Of a stretch of 64,000 bases of DNA, positions 25,271-38,170 are shown in pieces; within the stretch, counting starts at the first letter, position 1, and each line of letters starts with the position of its first letter. This stretch comes from Octopus vulgaris (taxonomy: Eukaryota), in contig OX597830.1 in assembly GCA_951406725.2 (NCBI GenBank), forward strand, positions 62,001 to 126,000. The letters are read 5' to 3'. The notes beneath the pieces are model-generated. The model ran no database searches. It had not been told where the DNA came from and saw nothing but the letters and a program-made list of their open reading frames with translations. The translations under genes were made by a program, and so were the position numbers.

Positions 25271-27034
25271 AGGATATAAAATAAACAAAAGTCCGCATGT
25301 AAATCCATAAGTATAATCATTCATTTTTAAACCCTGAAAGTAAAAATTTAAAAAATCTTAATAGTAACAAAAGGAAAATTTTGGCTTTAATATCAGTTCA
25401 CTACTGTATGTTTGAAGTGACAAGTAGCAATTCTTTCTGTAAACCATTTATATTACAGCCAAGTATTATGCAAATGGAAACTTCTACATGTCTCAAGAAA
25501 GATATAAATGCAGGCTATGTGAGACCAACTTAAATAATTAAAACTACACAAGAAATTCATCAAAATTCATTCACAGATTTCGGTCTATTTAACTTAAGAC
25601 GGTGGAGATGCACAATTGTTAGTGTTGGCAAAATACCTTCCAATATTTCTACCAGCTCTTTATATTCTAGTTTCAAATTCAGTTTCATGGTTGATAAAAA
25701 CGTGCCAACCAAGTAATAAGATCACTTAATCAATTAACCACTTCCTCTAAAATTTGAGGCATTCCCGTTTTCCAAACAAACATAACCAATTAATCAAATG
25801 TTTTGGGAAAAATAAATCTGCATGTTAGGAAATAGGATAGCTTTCCTGTCATTCAAATATTCGTGAAATTTACAATATACCATAATTTCAGCAATTCATG
25901 TAGTCATATTGTAAGAGAGTTCATCATCATTTCACTAAAGATGCATACACTAATATAGAAACTGATATTGCCGAATCAGCTTTCCATATGAAAACTTTAA
26001 TTAATTAAGAAATCTTAACCATAACCAATATTTTTATGCTATTTCACCAATGAGCAACTAATAAGGCAGAGTTTAAATCCATGCTTCCTTCTCCAGTTTA
26101 TCATATGCCTCTCAATCCATTCAAGCCTTTATTGAAAGGTCAATAATCACCAGTTTATGTTCAATGATTCCAAATAGAAATTATGTGTGTGCTTGTATGT
26201 GAGTGCCTGGGCAAGCACATGTATAAATTTCATTGGTGGTACCTGTTATCTCAATTCTAACTTTTGGTGGCTTGGAAGAGGTCCGGAGGGTCAAGTGACA
26301 AAGACATTATTCTGCTTAGCTTAGGCATTTGGTTAATGTAACTGCTGTCACTCACAGAAAAACTATTGTTTTAGCATGAGAAAAGTGCTGTTGAACTGTT
26401 AAGTGAAATTTGGCGATCAACAATCGAATCCACGCCATGCCTGCATGAAACCACTTTATCACCTATGTCTATCCCTATCTTCATAATCTAACCCAGTGCT
26501 ACTCAACCGTTTCTCACCTATGAACCACCTTAATCCCTGTTTTACTCAGGAGGGGGCTCTCATAGACAATCAGTGTTTTAAAAAATCCTTATTAGATTTT
26601 TAAAATTGCATTTATTAATAATTGTAAAAAGAGCTACTGAAATATTTTGTATATCACAGAAGTATAACCAATTTTATTAACATAATTTTTCACAACAACC
26701 CATTTTATCAACCCACAAAGGTCATATGGACCTCATTTGAAAAGAACTGCTTTAATTACTCATCACCTAGCACAAACCATTCCACTCAGTGTTACTCCCC
26801 ACTCAGTTGAAGTATCTTGTCTTGCAAGTTTCCTGGTAATTTCACTGCAAAACACCCTGTACACACTATAAAGTGTTTGGGATCAGGAATGATAGAAACC
26901 ATGCCAAGGCAGACAATAGAGCTTAGCAGAGTGTTCTGACTTCACAGTTCCTGTCAAACAGTCTAACTCTTTCCAGCATGGAAGGTAGATATTAAATGGT
27001 GATGTTGATAATATTGTGGTTTTTGAGGAAGCTA

Positions 27035-27355
27035 CATATAGATAAATAGCTTGTGAAATCGGCACAGGCTATGTACAAGGGTACTCTCAGTAACAAGACA
27101 TTTCACCATGAGTACAATGACAAATTTAGTGTACAGCTAGGTATTTACCAGGGTTCGGTTCTCAATCTCATCTCATTCATCATCATCCTACAGGCCATAA
27201 CGGAGGACTTCAAAACTGCTTGCCCTAAGAGCTACTATATGTTGATGGTTTCACTCCAGTAGTGGAATCTGTAACACAGTGTAAAAGAAATTCCAGGTGT
27301 GGAAGCAAAACATGGAATTGAAGAGCCTTCAAGTTCATTTAGCAATGACCAAGGT
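27035..27355 (+). mobile_element. RTE-clade LINE reverse transcriptase fragment
   Basis: AMYKG...FSVQLGIYQGSVLNLISFIIILQAITEDFKTACP, then ELLY (cf. GVHQGSVLSPLLFII...ELLYADD). Confidence 0.8.
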
Positions 27356-27629
27356 TTCCTTTAAATTTTCTTTTTTATCCTTTAACGACGTAATTTCAAA
27401 CTTATTTGTAACTTTGCGAAGGAAACATTATTTCAATTTGAACCTTCCAGTTCTTTGTTCGAAATTTTACTGATTTGTGTGGTGGTAGTAGTGGTGGTGG
27501 TGGTGATATTTTTCTTGCACAATTGGCTGCTGCTAGTCATATTTCATGTTTCCTTGATCGAATTCTCATTACTCTTGACTCTGTGGTTGTTGTTGTTATC
27601 ATGCTGTTGCTACATCTAGAGTGAGTGGA

Positions 27630-27730
27630 GCCGACGGCAAAAGACAATTTTGCGTCCTACATCTCCTCCCACTTCCCTCTCTTGTTGACTCGCTGACAAA
27701 GACGACGACGCCATATCGAATTTTGCAAAT
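27630..27730 (-). promoter_or_regulatory. Possible CpG-containing promoter or first-exon region
   Basis: Local CpG cluster in AT-rich unique DNA, with ATGGCG (YY1-like core, 27709-27714) and GGAAGT (ETS-like core) on -. Motif evidence only. Confidence 0.2.
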
Positions 27731-29313
27731 TTTGAGGGGAAAATTAATTTTCTTTTCGTGTGATTTTTGCCCAGTAGGTCAAATAAATAGATAAACAAAT
27801 AAATAACCCTATTAATCAGACCAATATGGTCTGGATTAACTTATTCACAAGTTATAATAATAAAATGTAACACTAACAATCTTTTTAGAGGTAAACAAGG
27901 CACACACTTGCGGAGCTCCGAAATACACATCAAGCTCTGGTGACAACAACAACGATAATAATAATAATCATCGTCGTTATCATCCTCATCATGAATATTA
28001 TTAAGCAGTAAGAATTTTATTTTTGAAGATAATATATTTTTTTTTAATAACGACGAATAAAAGAATGTACTAAATGTATGAATGACAAAATTTGGAAGTA
28101 TTTAAGATAGAATCAGAAATATGTAAATATGATATAAAACAACTCTCTAGCTGTCAAATAGTCTAAGTAAATCAAGGATAAATATGAAAGGAAATTCTTC
28201 ATTAGTCTGAGAAGTAAATTTACAGAATATTTGCCAAAATACGACAAACAACTAAATAATAAGTAGAGCAAAATCGATCTAAATTTGTTATACTTCATTT
28301 ACCACATTCAGTCAACAGACTGCAGTCATACTGGGACACATCATAAAGGTATTTTGCTCTTTATTTAATCGGCGTCAGAAAGTTGACGACGAAAAATATG
28401 TAAACAGGAAGTAAAGACCGTAACAAGACAAAGATATTTTTGTACGCACACTGATTCCGCAATAACAATGCACATTGAAGGTGAGTTTAATTGATATCTA
28501 TATCCAGATATATATGTATATGCATCTGTATAAATATATATATATATTAGAAGAAATGAGGTACTCAGAAAATCGGATGGTTTATATTTACAGATATTTA
28601 TTTGTATATTACATCTTTTATATATCATATAACATAGATCATGTATTAGCGCTTTCTCCCATTCTAGTGGGGTTTTCAAATCAAACTAAGTTCCTGTGTG
28701 AGGAGTTTTGACCATTTTATAGTGGTATTGAGTTTGTAGTGGTGGGGAGGAATATAAGACAGTACAAGAGGGTGATGGATGAGGAGAAAGTGAGAGAGAG
28801 AACATGTGTGTGTGTGTATGTGTGTGTTCGTGTGTGTGTTTTTGTATTTGGGATGAGTGCTAAAGAAAAAGAAAAGGGAGAGGGAAGAAGAAGAAAAGAA
28901 TTTTTTGGTTCTGCTGGAGAGGATATTGACTCCAAGGGGGTCCTAAGATCTTGGGAAAAAAGAATTTCAGTTTTGACCATTTCACAGAGTCACTGAGTGT
29001 GTGGTGTCGGGGAGGTAGACCATAAATTATATTTCTTTTTATCATTGTGAGAGAGTGTGTGTGTGTGTTTAATGAGGGATGGTCAAATGTTTTTTTGGGT
29101 TTAGAGAAGAATTCGTTTTATGATTGTTTTGTGGAGGTGTGTGTGTGTCTGTGTGTGTGTGCGCGCGCGCGTGTGTGTGTGGGTGTCTGTGAGTTTGGAG
29201 AAGGGAAGAGAGAGAAAAAGGGAGGAAGGAGAAAAATTGTGTTGATATTTATACCACTATATGATTGATTGATTCTCGTTTCAGCTTATGAGCTGTGGCC
29301 ATGCTGGGGCACC

Positions 29314-29359
<46 letters not shown>

Positions 29360-29360
<1 letters not shown>

Positions 29361-29525
29361 TTATAGATAAAATATTAGAAAAAAAACACCTTTTATCGAT
29401 TCAAAATGAACAAATAAATTACACCATCTAGAAAATTGCATATCATAGAAAAGTTAAAATTAAAATGACAATTAAAAATTAAAGATTAAGTAAATTACAA
29501 AAATAATATAATGTATATAATAGGT
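29360..29525 (-). mobile_element. Fragment of a Penelope-like pseudo-LTR
   Basis: Homologous to 35530-35690 (TTAGAAAAAAAACACCTTTTATC.ATTCAAAATGAACAA.TAAATTACACCATCTAGAAAATT). Confidence 0.7.
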
Positions 29526-29526
29526 A

Positions 29527-29631
<105 letters not shown>

Positions 29632-29706
29632 TATACCGGAGTAAACACATAAATGTGAAACAAGGTGGAAAAAAGAGTACTCAAATACCAGTGGTAGAGT
29701 AATATG

Positions 29707-29864
29707 CTTTATTTTAAGCAGCAGAAAATTCAACAAAATCTGTTACTCTGAGTTTCTCGTTGCCGTTCATCAGACAGTTTTTGCTAGCAAAAACTGTCTG
29801 ATGAACGGCAACGAGAAACTCAGAGTAACAGATTTTGTTGAATTTTCTGCTGCTTAAAATAAAG
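29707..29864. repeat. Perfect spacer-less 158-bp palindrome inside a (TA)n-flanked unit (29636-29870)
   Basis: 79-bp arms, centre TTGCT|AGCAA at 29785/29786. Confidence 0.95.
29794..29831 (+). ncRNA. Minimal type I hammerhead ribozyme motif (mirror copy on - at 29740-29777)
   Basis: CTGT-CTGATGA-A CG GCAA CG A-GAAA-CTCAGAG-TA-ACAG. Stem I CTGT/ACAG, GNRA-capped stem II with an A.A closing mismatch, GUA cleavage triplet. Confidence 0.7.
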
Positions 29865-29865
29865 T

Positions 29866-29910
<45 letters not shown>

Positions 29911-30244
29911 TACTAAATGTTCAACTATATTAAGTTGTAAATTGAAAGATTTGTCCTTCAATGTATGATGAGTAAAATTTCATAAAGTCCATACTTGAAA
30001 AAGAGAGACTCTCCTGTGTTGAAGTTACAAATGACAGAATACAAACCGACAACTACTGAGTCTGTTGTCTGATCTTCAACTGATTTAGTCTAATATCTCA
30101 CTGATTAAATAGATATTAAATTTTATCATACAGGAGCAACTGGTTCCACAAATCAAAGTGAAATGGTTTTATTCAAATGTTGGAATATCCTTTGTTCAAT
30201 GTTGTATTTTCCAAAAATCAAAGCATGTGTCGAACTGTGTGTGC

Positions 30245-30280
<36 letters not shown>

Positions 30281-30699
30281 CATTTTGTGTATCATATTAC
30301 ATTTTATGTCTCCGATAATGTTTATTAAATAAAGCTTCCTTGATGGAATTAAAATATTTTCAACGAGTATAAATTGATTGTCGCCACATTTTCAAATGTT
30401 TAATTCTTGTTTTAGGAAGAGCTTCACGAACTTTGGAGCACTAACGCGAGTGAGTGAACAAGCGAAAGAAATTAGCAGTCAACACGTTTGAATAGTTACA
30501 CATATATAATAACTATTTGTCTCATCTCCACAAACTTACGCGGGACTAGATCATCAGAGACAAGGTAGAAAGAATTCAAAAGAAATTTGCAATATCTTCT
30601 TGGGAAGAGCATTTAAACCTCCATTAGTCAGTTTTTGTCACGTGGATGATTTACTATCATTGAGACACCAGTTATTATATTATTCATATGCTGTTGATG

Positions 30700-30830
30700 T
30701 CAGTCATTTTCTTGGTATTCTTGAAGGTGTGATATTTCAGAGGCAGATCTTTACAGAGGCAGATACTGCATGTGCTATGGCAGATCTGATCTCAGTTTTC
30801 CGCCCTTCCAGTAGGGTTTGATATTTCCTC
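30700..30830 (-). mobile_element. Possible very degraded LINE (RTE-like) fragment
   Basis: Weak resemblance to the RTE post-RT region; heavily degenerate. Confidence 0.2.
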
Positions 30831-33232
30831 GACGACAGTTACTCAGAGATGTAAGCTAATTTTGATATTGCGATCGGCATGGAGCATTTATACCAATATG
30901 TGTAGACCAGTTAATTCTGAGCAGTATACCGAATTATCAGCTGTCACCATTGGCTTGAAGCTAATTAACAAAGCTTTAACTGTTGTAATAAAAGTTAGGT
31001 AGGTCATGTTTCCTGTCAATTTTGCTTCCATGAGGAAATACACATATTCTACATTCTTGTAGAATGCTTGCAAGTTTAAATTTTGAATTGAACAACAACA
31101 CCAACAACAATACTATCCATACCATATGGATACACATATCCATCATCAAAAAAAAAAATGACCTTGTTGCTACCAATGGTATGCCCCACCAATGAACTCA
31201 AGTCATGCTTAATGTATGCATATACACATTTATGTGCGTATATATAATATGTAAATGCATGAGATATGTATACATGATTATGTAAATATATATAATTGCA
31301 TATATGTATGTGCATGCGTGAATGTAAAATAACTTGGGCAAAGATGTGTCATTCTCGCAAATTTGCCACTGTAACAGGCTCCCTGTGCACGATCTCAGAA
31401 AGCGAGCAACGAATTTCGAGTAGTCATGTGAGTTGTTTTGGTTACTGTCACGAAGGACTGTTTCCAGTAATAGTAATCCCGCTTTTGTGACAAACTGAAA
31501 TATAGTTAAGTAACTACCTTACGCATGAATGTGTGCGCACACACACAGACAATATATACATATATACATATATATATACATATATATACATATATACATA
31601 TACACACATACAAAAAGGCACACACATACACGTTTATATATGCAAATATTTTTTATGCATACATTCTTATGTATGTATGTGTATGCGTGTTGAAGAGAAA
31701 GAAAGAAAATGAATGGAGAGGAAGTGAGAAGGAGCAAAAAGAGGCTGATGGTATTGATTCTATATGGAAATCCAGCCCCAAACACTACTGTGTTTGTGAA
31801 TAAAGTTGATCTAAAGATGGTTCATTGACATTCTTGTAGAATGCTTGCAAGTTTAAATTTTGAATTGAACAACAACACCAACAACAATACTATCCATACC
31901 AATTTTGACATCAACACAAGCAGCAACAGCAGCAGCAGCAGTAACGGCAGCAGCCAAAAGTTCTTTCAAAAGACCGATACTGGGGCTTGCATAACAGAAA
32001 TTGCATACAAATGAACTGTGAATATAATTACTACTGTAAAGTATAGGCAGCAGTAGGGCGGTGGTGCTTATTGTAATGATGGTTGTAAGCGTGGTAGTGA
32101 TGCTGTTTTGAATGGGATAGGGATAGAGGGTTGTGCTGTTTATGATAATGATGACGATTGTAGTATGAGGGTGATAACTGTGATGATAACTGTGATAACT
32201 GTTTTGGAGGTGCTGATGATGGTGATAATGGTGATAATGTTTGTGGTGGTGATGTTAGTAGTGAGAAGAGCAGCAGTGATGACTTTGGTAGTGGAGGGTG
32301 TTGGTGTGTGTGAGGGGGTGTTACATGCCTCTGGGTGTGATAGGCAGTGGTGGTGGTGGTGGCGACAGTGCTAGGAGTAGTTGTGACGCTATTGTGTTAA
32401 AAGCTGAAACGAGTGACGATAGTGGTAGCGGTGTTCCTGGAGGTGGGGATTCACAATGGTGTTGATCAGGTGTTGTTAGCATTACTGATAGCGATGGGGT
32501 TGATGGTGATGACAGTTGTGGTGGTAATGAAGTTGGTATTGAAATAATTATAGCACTGGTGCCTTTAGGTGTCATATTTGTGGGTAGGCTGTCTACAACT
32601 CAAATCAGCTACAATATTTGTTTGTTTCTTTTTTTTATTTTATTGCATTTTGAAGATTGAAAGTAAAAGATGATCAATGTTGAACTGACCGACCAAAACC
32701 TTGACCCGGTCATAAAAAAAATAGTGTAAAACAACTTCCTCTAAACGAATATGACAAAACAAATGCGGTCTCGTGAAAGTGGGGTGGGGAGAGGACTCGG
32801 AAAATTCACATCGTGAATGTTCCGGGGTCTTACTCGGGCACAAAAACAAAAAAAAAAAAATTCTTTATGCAGACAGTTTGTGTTATTAAATTCTCTTTAA
32901 CATACATTTAAATTATTATGTTATAGATTATAACCTGTGCGCTGCATATTTCTTCAGTACAAACAGCAAGTACATTTCTTGGGTATAAACAAGCAGTCCA
33001 GGTTTTAGATATAAACAACAAAATTACAACTTATCTTCAGACCTGGCTGAGGTTTGCACCATCTCAATCAGGCATTTCTTACTCTTGTCTCTCTTCTTCT
33101 TTAAAAATCATGCTCAATCCTTTCACTCTGGAGCTTCTTTTCTACTCATGTCTTTATAGCACATGTTCACTTGCAATAACTCAAGAAGAGCATTAGAACA
33201 CATTGAATAATACAATCTTTGGTACACCACTC

Positions 33233-33595
33233 TCTTCTACTTGATTCAGTCATTGGACTGCAGCCATGCTCGGGCTTTGCCTTAAAGGATTTTACTCAAA
33301 CAAATCAGCTCCAATGCTTATTTTTTTAAAACTCTGGTTTAAATTCTGTTGGACTTTTTTGCTGAACTGCTTAGTTACAAGAATGTAAACAAACCAAAGC
33401 CAGTTGTCAAGTAGTGAGAGTGGGGTACAAAGACACACACACACATACATACAACAGACTTCCACAGTTTCTATCTACCAAATCCTCTCACTGGGCACTG
33501 GTCAACCTGGGGTCAGGTAGAATAGAAGGCACTTGCCCAAAGTGCCATGCAGTGGAACTGAAGTTGAAACCATCTTAACCACACAGCTATGTCTG
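33233..33595 (-). mobile_element. Degenerate SINE family A
   Basis: TTCAGTCATTGGACTGCAGCCATGCT...GGCACTTGCCCAAAGTGCCATGCAGTGGAACTGAA; homologous to 35001-35408. Confidence 0.75.
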
Positions 33596-33975
33596 ACAAA
33601 AAGAAAGAGAACCATTGAGGTGGTCATGGCTAGGCTACCTTTGGTTCATAAGTTTACTTGATTTGAGCAAACTTTTTGGCTAAACCACAACATGAAAAGA
33701 TCAATGTAGTCCATAGCTAAACAACCTCTCTTCTTTTTGTTAGGGAGATTTTAAACACAAGGGTTACTGTTTGGAGGAGTTCTTATTTCTTTACTGTTAT
33801 GAATATCGCATTTTTCTTTTTCTGTTGACTTGTATTATATGGTCTTTGACTCAATTCAGCAGTGCCAAACCAAAAGTATAGAAACTAGTATTTCACTTCA
33901 ATGGTGTTGGTTAATCTATTGATATTGATATTAATAACTTCACCACACACACACACATTCACACACATTCAACCC

Positions 33976-34012
<37 letters not shown>

Positions 34013-34030
34013 GTAATAATAATAATAATA

Positions 34031-34313
34031 GAGGTAACCAGAATGTGGAATCTAAAAACAGAAACAATTCCTATCATAGTAGGTGCATTAGGCATGATAA
34101 AAAAATATTCAGACAAATACATAACAAAAACACCAGGACTTACAAACACATATAACATACAGAAAATTGCACTACTAGGCACTGCACACATCCTACGCAG
34201 AACACTTTCCATACAATAACCATCAGAGCATCACAACAAATCACAGCACATACCCAAGGCACACAGAGCTGCGCTCGGTAGTGAAGTGAAAGCACGCTAT
34301 AAAAATAAAACTA

Positions 34314-34317
<4 letters not shown>
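34031..34317 (+). mobile_element. 5'-truncated R4/Dong-clade LINE 3' end inserted in (AAT)n
   Basis: Open frame EVTRMWNLKTETIPIIVGALGMIKK...IQKIALLGTAHILRRTLSIQ* (REL endonuclease C-terminus), 3' UTR, and (AAT)n on both sides. Confidence 0.85.
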
Positions 34318-34372
<55 letters not shown>

Positions 34373-34965
34373 TAACAACAGATACTAAAGATGGTGCTAT
34401 GGCCTTTTCTTTGATAATATCTTTCTTGCTTATTTAAATTCAGTTCAATACACACTTGCCTTGAACCAACCATTTCTGTGTGTGTGTGCGTGTGTATGTT
34501 CTTGATAATCAACAAGTAGTTTTACACCAATTACACTATTTTTTCCGGCCCGGGTCAAACACTATAGTTTAAAGGCCATGGACTGAAAATGTGAATTTCT
34601 TTTGTTTTTGTGCCCGGATCAGACCCGGAACATTCACGATGTGAATATTCCGAGTCCTCTCCCCCTCCCCCTTTCGCGAGCGTGCATTTTTTTTCATATT
34701 CGTTTAGAGGAAGTTGTTTTACACCTGTTGCACTATTTTTTTTGTTTTTATGACCGGGTTAAACGCTGTAGTTTGACCTATGTATACACACACACACACA
34801 CACGCACACACACATATATATATATATGTGTGTCCATACGAGAGTAATCTCAAAAGTAAGGTCTCCAAAGCGCTGGGGACGCAGGCAGACTGTGCGTCCG
34901 GTTATTGGCAACACTATTGTGTTTGTTGTGCTTGTGCCTGCTCGCACCTCGCTTTCATGCTCAGT

Positions 34966-35000
<35 letters not shown>

Positions 35001-35002
<2 letters not shown>

Positions 35003-35408
35003 CTCTTTCTCTTTTACTCTTTTACTTGTTTCAGTCATTTGACTGTGGCCATGCTGGAGCACCGCCTTTAGTCGAGCAAATCGACCCCGGGACTTATTCT
35101 TTGTAAGCCCAGTACTTATTCTATCGGTCTCTTTTGCCGAACCGCTAAGTGACGGGGACGTAAACACACCAGCATCGGTTGTCAAGCAATGCTAGGGGAC
35201 AAACACAGACACACAATCACACACACACACACATATATATACATATATACGACGGGCTTCTTTCAGTTTCCGTCTACCAAATCCACTCACAAGGCATTGG
35301 TCGGCCCGGGGCTATAGCAGAAGACACTTGCCCAAGATGCCACGCAGTGGGACTGAACCCGCAACGATGTGGTTGGTTAGCAAGCTACTTACCACACAGC
35401 CACTCCTG
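35001..35408 (-). mobile_element. Near full-length SINE family A
   Basis: On -: CAGGAGTGGCTGTGTGG (A box), GGTTCAGTCCC (B box), central TG/TA tract, 3' tail AAGTAAAAGAGTAAAAGAG; flanked by (TA)n. Confidence 0.9.
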
Positions 35409-35695
35409 ATATATATATATATATATATATATCATTATTAATATTTGAGGGAATAAATCCAAAACTTACAAGGAAAAAATTCAATTTAGAAATACTAAAT
35501 CAAATTTCACATAATATAATATATATATAAAAATTAGAAAAAAAACACCTTTTATCAATTCAAAATGAACAATTAAATTACACCATCTAGAAAATTACAT
35601 ATAATAGAAATATTAACATTAAAATAACAATAAAATGTCAATGATTAAGTAAATTGCAAAAAAAAAATAATAATAACGCATATAAATTGTAGAAT

Positions 35696-35782
35696 AACGA
35701 CACGTGTTTCGTGGCTATATTTAAGAAATGATTATAGTGGTAGAGAAATCACTTCAATATAAATATAGTCACTCATCAGGTT
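35696..35782 (-). ncRNA. Type I hammerhead ribozyme motif in the Penelope pseudo-LTR
   Basis: AAC-CTGATGA-GTGACTATATTTA...TAAATATAGCCAC-GAAA-CACGTG-TC-GTT. Intact core, 13-bp stem II base with one mismatch, palindromic stem III, GUC cleavage site. Confidence 0.85.
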
Positions 35783-35844
35783 GAAAATAAACTAGAACAA
35801 TAAAATAATTAATTAATAAATATAATTTAATATATATATATTAA

Positions 35845-36218
35845 ATGAGATATGTATACATGATTATGTAAATATATATAATTGCATATATGTATGTGCA
35901 TGCGTGAATGTAAAATAACTTGGGCAAAGATGTGTCATTCTCGCAAATTTGCCACTGTAACAGGCTCCCTGTGCACGATCTCAGAAAGCGAGCAACGAAT
36001 TTCGAGTAGTCATGTGAGTTGTTTTGGTTACTGTCACGAAGGACTGTTTCCAGTAATAGTAATCCCGCTTTTGTGACAAACTGAAAAATAGTTAAGTAAC
36101 TACCTTACGCATGAATGTGTGCGCACACACACAGACAATATACAATATATACATATATACATATATATATATACATATATATACATATATACATATGTAA
36201 ATGCATGAGATATGTATA
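35845..36218 (+). repeat. Near-identical, circularly permuted copy of 31247-31600
   Basis: 35845-36142 equals 31259-31556 (one mismatch seen); 36193-36218 equals 31247-31272. Confidence 0.9.
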
Positions 36219-37740
36219 TATATATATATATATGTATATGAAAATACTAAATATACATAAATGAAAACTAAAACAATATAGTTAAATTATTAAATACTTT
36301 AAAATTAAATTAAATACACCAAGCTAGTACAAGTCATTAAATTGTAATCGAAATAAGAAATGGTTCAAATATAGACAAACTCCTTAAATAAGCTAACCAT
36401 ATAATCAATATACATGTGTAGTATCTCTAGATTTTATATAAGAATCTATAAAAAAGCTGACTAAATATAATACCAAATTAACTTAAAATTTAATATTACA
36501 AATAAATAAGCCACCTAATAATTAAATAATATATTGTCTGACTAAATAAATTCTTAAATTAAATGTAATTCATTAGATCCCTTTATATATAAATATATAT
36601 ATATATATTTAAAAAAAATGGAATTAATATCTATCGTAACTTATATCTATCAATTAGTGAGAATAATATTTTAATGGAAAGTAAGAAAACCTATCAACCC
36701 CCAAATTAAAGAAAGGTGCACAAATATTAGAACCAAAGAACAATATGGAGACACCCAACTAAAAACTAACAGACACCTATTAATAACAAAATTAACCACA
36801 GCTAAACATCATAATACAAAATCCAAACGAAAAGGAGAAAAGAACGTTAAGTTAGTTGAGAAGATATCGCTTGATTATAAACGTAAATAATAGTTCTTAG
36901 CGTCTATAAGAAATAAAACTCGTGGAGACGTTGCGTGGAAAAATAGAATAAAACCATAAATGAAAAAGGCTAAAATGAATTTATTAATGAAATACAGGAA
37001 TTATCTATACTTCATGAATCAAATAAAATTAATGAAAATAGTAAAAATAATAGTAAAAATAGTAAAAAAAATTAAGTATTACTTGTTCAACAACACTACC
37101 CGGACCCTACAACAAGCCATACTCACAAAATTATTATTTAAAGTATTTAAACGTTCGGGTTGTGCAATGTATACAAGATGCTCCCAACTCCAGACGATTA
37201 TTCAACAAATGTTTTAAAATTTCATAAGTTTCCATAGAACAAAGTTGACAACCTTCCCTACTATTTACGCCCTTCTAACTATATCCCATTTTAGGTTGAA
37301 TACTATATTATTTGTTTTTAGTTCCCAAATTTTGCTAGATAGTGTTGTGCAACCTGCCTAAAAGAGGAAAAATTATTGTTAAGACGTCTTTTAAGATCCA
37401 CCGAACATCTGAAATAAAGAAAGCTGTTAGAAGTTATTATCGTGCATTTATAAATTACGTTTTGGACCGAACAACGACCAGATATCGGACATTTTGATCT
37501 AATCCTACAATTACAACCGGGGGGGATAGTGTTCGGTTCTGGAATTATTTAAGGACAGCCCACTTACATTACTGTTATTTAAATTATTATTAGTATTAGT
37601 ATTACTTTCATTATTAGTAAATACGTTGTTATTCAAATTAGGGTTACTAGTTATTAATCCATCCTCACCATCATCACCTACCATACTTTTATCTATACTA
37701 CCTATATTATTGGCATTGTTATTATCACTATTTACATCAA

Positions 37741-38170
<430 letters not shown>

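Larger units (their letters stand above)
32705..34758. mobile_element. Non-autonomous piggyBac-like element with ~150-bp TIRs and nested insertions
   Basis: 32705-32850 and 34601-34758 are inverted homologues. Ends are TTGA|CCCGGTCATAAAA and TTTTATGACCGGG|TTAA; CCC...GGG termini with a TTAA target are piggyBac hallmarks, and the left TSD has one mismatch. Confidence 0.65.

Noticed and set aside
32040-32575. ORFs in GAT/GGT-rich tracts (also 42980-43150 and 60391-60625)
   Set aside because: Degenerate trinucleotide low-complexity DNA with no domain or splice support.
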